Notes under the pieces: generated by a model
Told to the model about the DNA's origin: nothing
Databases searched by the model: none
The model's input: the letters and a program-made list of their open reading frames with translations, nothing else
In this document: positions 40,801-51,782 of the stretch, piece by piece
How positions within the stretch are numbered: the first letter of the stretch is position 1
Layout of the letters: each line of letters starts with the position of its first letter
Program-made: the position numbers and the translations under genes
Source of the DNA: Phallusia mammillata
Lineage: Eukaryota
Assembly: GCA_965637545.1 (NCBI GenBank)
Contig: OZ281500.1
Coordinates: 1,364,001 to 1,428,000, forward strand
Reading direction: 5' to 3'
DNA: 64,000 nucleotides

Positions 40801-43800
40801 GGGAATTGAACAGGGAATGAATTCTAGAATTAATTTACCAGAATTTATAACCAAAATAATGAAACATATAAACCTGATTTGGATGTGTTTTTTGGTGGAG
40901 CTGGGACTTCATCTTCTGAACTGTCACTGGATTCATCTGATGTTGAAGCACTCGAGTCACTACTGTCCATATTTTTAGGCAAACCCTTCACAATTGCAAC
41001 AGGCTTCTTTGATGCTGCTGGTTTGGCTAAGAATAAAACACATTTGTAAACAACTACATGGATCAGCGGCTCCCAACCTTTCTGGTGACCCCTTGATATG
41101 ATTTACCAATTTGCGGTGATCCCAAGGATAAAAGTAGAATAGTGGTTTTCCTATATATTGCCAGTTTATATATGCTACATCATATTTAACGATGTATCAC
41201 ATACACCACTTAATATATTTATAATGGATATATATTTGGCACCTACATTTCATTGGGTCCCGATCTTTTTCCTGGCACTTTCTACCATAATTGTTTCTGC
41301 AAGCATAATCTAATGGGCATATGCGATTTTGTAACAGTAAAAAAGGGCACAATCATTGTTAAATTGGAATAGTGGTTTTCCTATATATTCAATTTTACAG
41401 AAACTGTGACATATTTACGCACCATTCATTATAATTGTAAGGGATATATATTTGATGGATACATTCAGTATAGTACCAATACTTTTGTGGCCTGTTATAA
41501 CATAATTGTTTTTGTTAGCAAAAACCAATGGGTCCCCACACACGCGCCGTTAAGTTTCTACATACCAACAATATTTCAACCAGTGAAAAAATGGTCAAGT
41601 GACGACCGCGTTCATGCGTGAAGCAGAGGCATTTTTTCCATGCGCCACTATCATCAATCACTCCCATTGCGTCAGCTGTGCACTGAGCAACAGGCAAATA
41701 CAGTCATGACGTCATACACATCGCCTGGCCCTGCCGTGACCCCGCAGCGTTAACGTTTACAGTGCAATATCACTAACATCGTAACATCTTAATTCAAAAA
41801 AAGTAAGAAAATAGTCAAGTGACGAGCAGAGGCATTTTTTCCATACGCCACTATCGTCAATCACTCGCATTGCATCAGCTGTGCACTGAGCGAGAACAAA
41901 TTTGACAAAAGACAACATATAAAAACATATTTTTACTATTACTGAGCCGATTGCACTGAAATTTTTAACAGCCAACAAGGAGAACCCTATACACAGCTGT
42001 TTAAAATTTCAACAGGTTAAGTCTTGTATTTCTGACCTCATTAACATGATAACAAACAAAAAAATATTTGGGGGTAAATGGGTGAAAATGGATATATACA
42101 ACTTCAAGTTACAAAATACATTAAAATACGCTGCAATGTACCAATCAAAAAAGTAAGAAACTCCAGAATCATCTGCTTTAGCAAGTATAGCCATTTTAAA
42201 AATTTCACGTTTTGGGGGGCTGTGGGTGAACCGAGGGATCAAATGGGGTCAAAATTCACATGGACCATCTTTAGACCAATATCTATAATGTGTGTAAATT
42301 TGAAAAAGTTTGAACCATTCTTTGTTGACCAAAACGTGGGAACAAATCCACGTTAAAAATTTCACGTTTTAGGGGGCTGTGGGTGAACCGAGGGATCAAA
42401 TGGGGTCAAAATTCGCATGGACCATCTTTAGACCAATATCTATAATGTGTGTAAATTTGAAAAAGTTTGAACCATTCTTTCTTGACCAAAACGTGGGAAC
42501 AAATCTGTGTTAGAAAGAAAAAAAGAAAAAAAAATATAGACAAAAACAATATGTGTCCCCTTCAGGGAAGGGGACCCATAATTAGTAGGCTCTAAATAAA
42601 CAATGACTGTATTTTTTCTCAACAATAAAGTGGTCGATGAGTTGGGGTTATTGGTCCATGGCCTAAAACGAGTTGGGAACCATGCCAACGACCCCAGGCA
42701 AATTGTCAGGCGACCCCAGTTGAGGTCGCGACCCACAGGTTGGGAATCGCTGACATAGATGAATGCAAAACAAACTAGAAGGGTGGCTTAGCACATTTTG
42801 TTGTTGCATTTACACTATAACCTATTTTAAAACATTAATATATTTCCTATGCTTATTTTGTATTGGGTCCCATATTAGCCATCTTCTTTTATAACCTTAG
42901 CAGTTTCTGCAGGCAAAAACTCCCCACACATGAAAAAAAATGGAAATGTCTTATGTAAGCATATGTATGTTGTGTTTGACCAGGCACCAAGAACTAAATG
43001 AAAAACAATTGCAATGATGAAATGTATGGGCGATACTTTGAGATCACGAAAGCACATGACAAGTTTTCATTCCCAAATGCTAAAATGCATGTGTTCAAAT
43101 GTATTATATATATATATACAACATGTCAATTGAAATAAAAAAGGAAAATCAAGAAAATAGTTTAAACACTGGATTATTTTAACTTAATTTTAAACATGAA
43201 ATACAACATGTCAATTGCAATAAAACAAAAAGTAACAGTTTAACCGAAATTGATTGTTTGGTCAAAAGCAAAATTGGATAAAACACTGAGTTATTTTTGC
43301 TTAATTTTAAAATGTTTGTGAGAAAGGAAACAGTCAATGCTTATGTATATTATTTTGTACAAACTAAATACATTAAAACCTCATACTTGGTTTGGTGTCA
43401 TAAGAGGCAGGTGGAGGAATAGCTGCTTTCTTTGTAGCCGGCTTCTTCTTCGCACCTTCATCTTCTGACGAATCTTCATCACTGGATTCTTCCTCACTTG
43501 AGCTGCTTGACTCAGCTGCCGCTGTCTGCTTCACAACTTTTTTGACTGGTGCCGGTTTTGCTGGAGCTGCTTCTTCTAAATTGTGTAAACATTTTATTTA
43601 AAGTTGTTGGTAAAGCAGAGATTTTGTGCTTGTTTCTAAGAATTACACCAAAATAGCTAACATACTAAATACTTTACCTTCACCAGAGGAGTCATCAGAA
43701 TCATCCGATGAATCACTGTCATCAGATGACTCGGATTTTTTCACAGGAGTAGCTTTAGCAGGCGGCTTGCTATTGGTGGATTTGGTGAGAACCTTTTTCT

Positions 43801-46800
43801 TGGGTGCTTCTTCTTCGTCACTTGAGTCCTCGTCGTCACTGTCATCAGAGTCTGTAGAAGCAACAACTGCTGGTGGCTTCACAGCTTCAACCTTCGCTTT
43901 TGGTTTTGTGATGGGTTTGTCTACTTCCATCTTTTCATCTTCACTGGAGTCTTCTTCACTGCTGCTCTCATCATCTGACGAGGATTCAGGCTTGGCTTTG
44001 ACAGGAACAGGCTTTTTGGTAGCCTTAGAGGTAACCTATAACATGAAGGATTTTTGAATGTAACCTAATTATTAGTAGCACCCAATCTTTTAAAATTACT
44101 GAAATAAAATTAATATGTATATATATATGTGCCAATATTAACATGTACCCATTAATAGTTTATTGCTTACAACTTCATTTTAACAAAACTTGTTTCTAAC
44201 TGTTTTCTTTGACTTGAAAGAATGTAACCTAATTACCAGTAACAGCCAATCATTTAAAATGCGCAAAACAAATATATATATAAGCTGTTGCTACCAGGCA
44301 TAATGACAACTTTATATAGCTCTTCTACTTTATACAATTGATATGTTTGTGTGCCACAAGCGATGTGTGCCCTTTACTGGTTTATTACTTTCTACTTCCT
44401 TTTAACCAAATCTGTTTCTTACAGTTTTCTTTGGAGGTTGTTTGACTTCTTCCTCACTTGAGTCACTTGAATCTTCTGAACTTGACTTAGTCGGTTTTTT
44501 CTGGTAAACATGAGTTGTTGTTATAGCAAGCTTTAATTGAGATACTTTAAAGTATGAAAATGGAAAAACTAGACTTGATGTAAAAACTAGCAACTACAAC
44601 TAAATGCTCAGTTTTGAGCTTGCACCTTTGAAGACATGTGTTACAGTTACAAACATTACCTGCACTAATTAGTTTGAGATTTTTTAAAGATCGAAAAAGG
44701 AGAAAAATAGATTTGCTGTGAAAACTAGCAACTGCAACTGAATGCCAAACTTTAAGCTTTGCACCTATTGTAGACATGTGTTGGAGTTACAAACATTACC
44801 TGCACAACTGCCATGGGTTTCTTGGCAACAGGAGGTTCATCATCTTCTTCCTCACTAGAATCACTTTCCTCCTCACAAGAAGAGGACTCCTCCTGTTTCT
44901 TTGCAGGTGGTGCAACTTTTTTTACAGGTGGCACTTTTATTTCTAAAAAAATAGTTGCATGGTTGGTAACTTTTGGTTATCTTCCTTAACAGTGAAACAT
45001 AACAAATGCACTGCAGATAAACATACCTTCATCAGAGGAATCGTCTGAAGAGTCTTCTGAAGAGTCAGAACTTTCTTTTTTGACTGAAATCATAAAATAA
45101 TTTTGAAAATCTGTTCTCAGTGTAATTTAATGCAACAAGTTGCAACAAACCTAGTTTTTGTGCCTTGCTTGGAGGGACAGCTTCCTAGAAAGTAAGAACG
45201 TTATTTGCTAGTGATTGGTTAACTGTGCATTATCAAACACACTTATAAGGAAACACTAAACTTGGGATATCATATCAAAACTTTAGGCATATCATGTTCA
45301 ATAATAAAAAAAGAACAAAAATACAATTTAAAACACAAAAATACAATTACATCTTCATCAGAGCTGTCTTCACTTTCACTCGATGATTTTGGATCAGAAT
45401 TCCGTTTTTTGGCTTGCGTTTTTTTCACAACATTGTCACATTTCTTCGTCTGGTTTGTTTGCAACCAGGATTCATACAAACTTAATAATGTTGGATGGTT
45501 TGCATCAGGAATTTTCTGCAGGAAAGCCAAGAATTTAAAACTACTATTACGTATCCATGCAGCAACAAGAACAATGTTTAGAAGTTTTGTTACAAAACAT
45601 ACATGTACAGTCTTTTGCTACCCAAACATTCTGCTTTTTCACGTTTTCTTTTTTAAACATTTTTTTGTGGAAATAAACTTACATGTCAATGCCTAGTACT
45701 ACCATATGGCAAGACACAAAAGTGTTTTACCGCCTGCACTACCAATTGGGATACAGGTATTTTTATGAGTGGCTAGGGTTCCTTCCCGGGAATGTCTCGA
45801 CAGAAAATTCTCAGGATTTCCCGGCAAAATTAACTTCTCGAATCCTGGGAAATTTGTTTTTAATTCCCGGGAAACAGACAATCAAGAAAAAATGTTCAAA
45901 TTTCCGCTAGTTGTTACCAAAAAACGATGTTTTGTAATTTTAATTGCAAAGGTGGCTTTCTGATATATATATATATACTTCCATTTTATATATTCTATAC
46001 AATATTTACCAATTTAATATACACATCATTTGATCTACACATATGATTGTTTTCGCAAGCAAAAACGAATGGGTCCCCACACACGCGTTTGTGCGGATTT
46101 ACGGTAAACAAACGTCCTGGATATTTTTAGATTCTTAAGGAAAAACTTAACCAACTTTAGCAATAACCCAACTTTAAAAGTTTTGTCCGTATTCTTTTTT
46201 CATGTCATATAATTACAAAAAAACAGTAAATAGGAACAGGAAAAATACTTTTAATTTAATCTCATGCTTTGACCTCGATTTTCGTTTTGGGGGCTTGTGG
46301 GTGAACCCTTGGGTCATTCAAGGTCGAACTTCAGGAGGATCAAATTTAGATTAATAACTAACATCTGTCCAAATTTGAATAAATTTGAAGCACTCTTTCT
46401 TGACCAAACGCGTATAACACACCAGCGTTAGACAGAAGAAAAAAAAGAAAAAAAATATGGACAAAAACAATATATATGTGTCCCCTTCAGGGAAGACCCT
46501 TAATGATAAAGTAAGTAAGCGTTTTTATACGAGATGGTAAACTATTTTCGCGAATGCGCTACCCAGCGGTACTAGAAAAACCAATTTTATTTTTCGAAAT
46601 TTCTGAATCTTGTTTAATCAAATAAAATTGCAAATATAGTTTTAATCGACAAAATCACGCTAATTAGATACCTCCAGCGAAAATAAACTAATTTTAGCGA
46701 TTGCAATGACATAATTATCCACGAAAAAAAACACCTTTTTTGGCCGGGATCCCGGATTCCTGGGAATTTAAAACATTATTCAAAAGATTCAAAAGTTTTT

Positions 46801-47595
46801 TTTATGTGGAAAAATGATTTTCCTGTAGATTCACATACACATTTTGGGTCGATTGACCATTGGTTTACAAGTGGAATTATACTTTTAGGTAACCTGCACA
46901 AGACTACAATAAAATAAATTACAAACATGATGTAGTTAATGTCAATTCACTTGAGCCCAGTTCAATGCTTTTTTGAGAAATATAGCTTGTCAAAACACAT
47001 TGTCAAAGTAAAACTGAATTTGTTGTGGATCAAACATACAGTTTTTTGCAGAGGATCTATAACAAACACATAAAAAGCTAGCAGAAATTTATTGGCAATT
47101 TAAGGCTCCATTCCGGGAATGTTTTCCTGTTGTTCCTAAATCCCAGAAATTTTGTTTGCAGTTCCAAGAAAAAAAAAAAAGTAACCAATAGACACTATTT
47201 TGAAATGTCAATGATTCAATCGCCCACAAAAAACTTTTTGTTTTTTAAGGTTCCCAGTAAAAAAAAATAATTTTCCTAATCCCAGGAATAAAAATTTTGG
47301 GTAACAAAAAAAAAAGATAACAAAACAGCTTTAAAAGAAATTTGTCTTGCAAGATATGTCATAATCCTGATGAAGGCGTCTAGGCGTCTTGTATAGGACG
47401 TCGAAACGTCGATTGTTTACAATAAAACTGCTGGATGAGCAATACTTGGTCATACATTATGCCTGGCAGCAATAGCTTATTTCATAAACTTACAGATTTG
47501 GAAAGATCCTTGAAGTCTTTTGCCAATTTCTTAAACTTACAGTCCACAAGAAATCGATAAACATACGGGTACAATGCACTGGGCTGAACAGACAT
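37825..47595 (-). CDS. NOLC1: Nucleolar and coiled-body phosphoprotein 1 (Nopp140); first exons 47494-47595 and 45351-45515, many short Ser/Glu/Lys exons between ~45190 and 38750, last exons 38323-38409 and 37825-37977
   Basis: LisH-like N-terminus [16 protein letters not shown]...[11 protein letters not shown]; alternating acidic-serine and K/P/A blocks; SRP40 C-terminus [12 protein letters not shown]...[35 protein letters not shown]...NSIRFDSD*. Internal exon ends are approximate. Confidence 0.93.
39854..40222. mobile_element. hAT-type MITE, TAGGGATG family
   Basis: TIR TAGGGATG(T/G)GCC; exact TSD CAAGGTTA; repeated CCGAGCA/TGCTCGG subterminal motifs. Confidence 0.85.
41064..42752. mobile_element. 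Non-autonomous hAT element carrying a nested insertion
   Basis: TIR CAGCG(GC/AT)TCCCAACCT; TSD ACATGGAT/ACATAGAT. Confidence 0.8.
41513..42583 (-). mobile_element. Helentron-associated (HINE/DINE-1-like) non-autonomous element with internal 157-bp tandem repeat
   Basis: Subterminal IR ATGGGTCCCC/GGGGACCCAT, adjacent partial IR GTCCCC..GGGGAC, terminal stem-loop; two 157-bp units starting at 42204 and 42361; relatives at 46052-46505 and ~8490-8595. Confidence 0.6.
46052..46505 (-). mobile_element. Second HINE-like copy, inside a degraded TCCCGGGA-rich MITE-like element (~45774-47310)
   Basis: Shares AGCAAAAACNAATGGGTCCCCACACACGCG, one internal unit and GTCCCCTTCAGGGAAG end with 41513-42583. 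Confidence 0.6.
47335..47482 (+). mobile_element. Family A copy with intact core and 8-nt duplication in stem II (NOLC1 intron 1, antisense to host); ribozyme 47361-47416
   Basis: ATAATC-CTGATGAA-GGCGTCTA-GGCGTCTT gtat AGGACGTC-GAAACGTC^-GATTGT. Confidence 0.75.
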
Positions 47596-48233
47596 GTCCA
47601 ATCAGCAGATTCTATTCAGTAGATTACAGAAAAACTTTTTGTCTGCCTTATCACATCACTATAGGCAAAATAAAAAAATAGTAACAAACAAAAAAAAAGG
47701 AAATTGAAACCATTGTGAAATAAAGAAAACCCTTCTGCAACAAAAAATCAAATAAATTAACATTTTTACGCGACATAAAAATCAATATTTACTGTTTATC
47801 TGACCACGTAGGTGGGCAAATATCTAAAAAATTACTTAAAACTACTATAAGAAAAACTTGCAATCGTGCCCAAATTTTTCGACAGCATGGGCAACTTATT
47901 ACATCGGATGATCGAACTGTAATATTTTTGCTTTGCTGAAAATATTATTGGGAAAAAGCACTAATAAATATTTTAGTTATCTCTAAAAACATTAAAGCAG
48001 CAGATGCTAAAAAATATATTTATGTGAAACGGTTAAGAAGTTGCAAAACTCAATTTATCGTAATTTGTTCGTAAATTCTGGCAGCGCTTGCGCAAAATAT
48101 ATTTGTTCCGGTTGAATGACTCTTCATGATTGTGCTTTGGCGCGTAACAATATCAAGTAATAAAGTTAAAAATGGTGATTTTTTTGCTTTTTGTAGCCGT
48201 TCCACGATGAATAAGTAACAGCGGTTGCAAAAG

Positions 48234-51163
48234 ATGTCCGGAAAATTATTGTTGTCTAGACCTGGTCTTCAAACGTCTGCATGTTGTCTGGAAAAAGTGT
48301 GTGGAGGTATTGCCATGCTCGTTAAGTGAAGTAAAATAAATTTAAATACAAATCCGTTTTTGAATGTATTAAAACATGTAATGGGAATACATTATATCAC
48401 GCATTAATCCATGAATGAGTTTTTGTATTCCCTTACCGATTATTCAGCTCTAATACCTACTGTACTTTATCATGTCTTATAGTTTATTACTTATTTATTA
48501 TATATCCTTTAGGTCGGTATTTTTCCTTGACATCACACCAACAACATAAAGACAGTCTTTCTTTTGCCTGGAAGATAAACAAACTTAACAAAGAAATAAA
48601 GATTATAAGAAATGATGTCAGTGGTCAGTTTAGACCATTTTTCCGAGGGGGAAAGTATTATGAACCCAGGTACCATTTATGTTGTGATGTTGACTATATG
48701 GTTTGATTATGTTGGAATGAAATACTTTGGAAAGTTTAAATGTGAAAGTATTTTTCTTTGCTGCTACTATAGTAAAAAAAATATTTAATTGATTAACATT
48801 GTTTGCAGCTTACAATTTGTATCCTTTTTTCGATTTTACAATAAAACTATTTTTTGAAGGTTTTGTATTTTTTTCAGTTCCAATTAAGCTAACAATAAAT
48901 CAATAGTCAACTAATAAATGTTGGTGTATATTTGTTTAGCACCAAAAAGAATTTGGATCCACTTGCAAAGTTCAGATACAATCAACTTCACGAGATAAGC
49001 ACTGTGAAACCAACTGATGATGTGTACGTGGTTTCCCAGTTTCTTACGGAAACCTACAGTTTACGCAAAGCTTTGGAGCATCTGAAACATATTGCAGCTC
49101 TTGATTTCGTTGATCCCAAAGCTCATATTGTCATGAAAATAAACCACAGTGAGGTTCTAGCTGGTAAAAAAAGGGTAAGAATTTATTACTTTGTTCGATT
49201 TATATATAATAGATACATATATTATAGCAGTATTTAATAGACCCAATGTGACAATTATATTTTTTCAAAAAGGTAAAAGCAACTTGTTTCATTTCTGATG
49301 TTTATTTATATATTGTGCTCTTGTTTGGACAAATATGGGTAAAATAAACTATTAGGCATAAGGTATTAGGTTAGTTCTCTGTCTTGTTTTGCAACTGGCA
49401 GTAAGTTTTCTAGTGCCATATCTCTTTTTACTTTCTGTTTATAAAACTTGTTTAAACTGATTTTCAATAATTATTTCAAGATGAAAATACATTGGTCTGT
49501 TCCTTTTATTAAAGAAAATACATTGGTCTGTTCCTTTTATTAAAGCTGTTATGTTGTTGATTTGCAGAAAAAAGTGTTTTATTACACTTTCACAAAGCAA
49601 CTACCACATCCAACGAATTATCAAAACAAAGTGTGTGTTTTCACTGATGATGAAAAACTTCGGAACTTGGCTTTGGAAAATGGTGCCTATACAGCTGGAG
49701 ACAGAGAAGTTATCATGAAGGTTTTTATATTCTACTTACAGAAGAAGCATGTTAACCATATAACCATTTTTCCAAGCCTTTTTTTGCTAATAAGCGGATG
49801 ATTTTTCAGACCAGCGATAGGTTACAGTTTTTAAACCACATGTAACTAACTTGATTTAGGATTTATCTGTAGTACTGCAAAATGTTTTTAACCCTGACAA
49901 AACATAACTAACGTAAATTGGCTTGCCTACCTATCAGTGGTCTAAAAATCTGCTTTATTTTTACCTTTATTTGCTTTATGTTATGCAACTGGTGTGACAA
50001 CACCAGCATGTGATACTAAACAATGTTGTTTTTTGTCCATTACAGATAATGCAAAACAAATTAAAGTGCGACTATTACATTTCCACGAAGCAGTTTTTTG
50101 ATGTAATTTCCAAAAATACTGAATTGCAAAAAGTGGTTGGTCAAAACTTTCCCAACAAAAAGCAAGCTACTGTGCTGGATGATTTTGTCGACCAGCTCAA
50201 AGTTTTTGCAAACGAAGCCAATTTCTCAAATGTTGGCTCAGATGGCACAGAGTGTAAGGTAGTCATTGGGCAGGTCAGTTCTTTTGGAAACTAAGACTTG
50301 TATTTTATACTGCATCAATATAAAGAATGTCAATGTAGTTATTACTAGTGATGTACCGAATCGGCAAAATTTCGATTCGGCCGAAACCGAATATTCGGTG
50401 GTTTTGCCGAATAAATTCGGCCGAATCAACCGAATCATTTATGACGTCACGCGAAGTCGTACGCTATGCGTTTGACATGAAAATATATGTTTATCTACCA
50501 GGCAATTAGTGCAGAATGGTTGTGTTTAGCCCCTATTTTAGTTCTGTGGGGTTTAAAATTGCCTCAAGCATGATTGCCAACCCGACAATGAATTACTGAT
50601 TACTTGTCTGCAGTGATAAAACGATAATGTGTAAAAAAAGATAATGCTTGGCGCGATTTTCGTTGGTACTAAGCAGAAAAGACACGTTTAACGCTTTAAA
50701 TATGCGTTCGTAAAAGATTCGGTTTCGGCCGAATCGCAACAAATTATTCGGCCGAAACCGAATCTTTGCAAAAGTGGCTGATTCGGCCGAATAAATTCGG
50801 CAAACCGAATATTCGGTACATCTCTAGTTATTACCAACTTGCAATTTTGCATAGTGCCATTTTTATTGCTTGCCCATCAGAAAGTTAGTTGTGAATGAAA
50901 AAGTGCATCTCCAAAAAACAGTCAAAAAATTATGTCAGCTTTTCAGCAGTTGCTTTGACCATAAAATTTTATTTTTTGTTTTTTAGCTTGACAACCCTGT
51001 AGAAAATCTTGAAAGAAACATCCTTTTTATTTTGGAAAATTTGTTGCAAGCAAGAACGCTCAGTAAAACCAAAGATTTGTTAAAAAGTGTATCGATCAGC
51101 AGTTTCACTGAATATATCCCTTTCGACTTCAAAGCTGTCCTTAAAAGCGAGGACATAGAGTGA
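48234..51163 (+). CDS. MRPL1: Mitochondrial ribosomal protein L1; exons ~48234-48306, ~48513-48623, 48940-49174, 49568-49720, 50046-50273, 50987-51163 (5' junctions not fully resolved)
   Basis: PTDDVYV...ALEHLKHIAALDF, LPHPTNYQNKVCVFTDD...ALENGAYTAG and LDNPVENLERN match the uL1m pattern; exon 2/3 phase mismatch implies a missed small exon or other site. Confidence 0.85.
50346..50826. mobile_element. hAT-type MITE, TAGAGATG family, in last MRPL1 intron
   Basis: TIR TAG(T/A)GATGTACCGAAT; exact TSD GTTATTAC; arrays of TTCGGCCGAA palindromes at both ends. Confidence 0.88.
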
Positions 51164-51782
51164 AATGCAATATATCGCCCGATGAAAATACCCATACAGG
51201 GAAAAAAGTGTCGTAAGTTCCTCTAAAATAAACCGTTTTATATCTTTACCTGATGTGTGTACATGATTTAAAAAGGCTAGTTAGGTTAGGTTATAGTAAG
51301 CTATAGATGCACTGTAAGCAGTTTTTACTGTAGTTTTTAGATTGCAAATATTCAGAAGATAGAAAGGAAATATTATTGGTTTATGTAGTTTACTAACAAT
51401 ATTTTTGGGTTTTACTGTCATTCTCTTTTCTTGTTTTTAGTGGTATTTAAACTTTTTATTAATTTTGTGTTTTTCTTGACTCATAAAACAGGTTATATAA
51501 CAAATGTTGACTACAAAGTGGTAATGCTGCATACACTGTAACAACACATATGGTTCACTTGTTAGCAAAACGGAACTACCCTGTTTTTATAGTTATTTTT
51601 TAAGTTAAACTATTTAGAGCACTAGGTATGCTGCAAGGTTTTCATGCAATGGATAGAATACATTTCACTTGACTTGCGTTGTTGATTTTTTATTAGAGTA
51701 CATTCTATACACATTTACTGTCTTTACAATATATCTTTGCACATCAGCTTTTCAGGCCAAGAGTTTTATGTGCTGGTTTACT

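Noticed and set aside
43626-44057. Ser/Leu-rich plus-strand ORF and other antisense ORFs over RPL3, NARS2 and KCTD exons
   Set aside because: Shadows of real exons on the opposite strand.
49483-49544. Exact 31-bp tandem duplication (also 24-bp at ~16348, ~20-bp at ~33030, ~140-bp at ~1060-1300)
   Set aside because: Ordinary slippage duplications in introns or intergenic DNA; no spacers, so not CRISPR-like.
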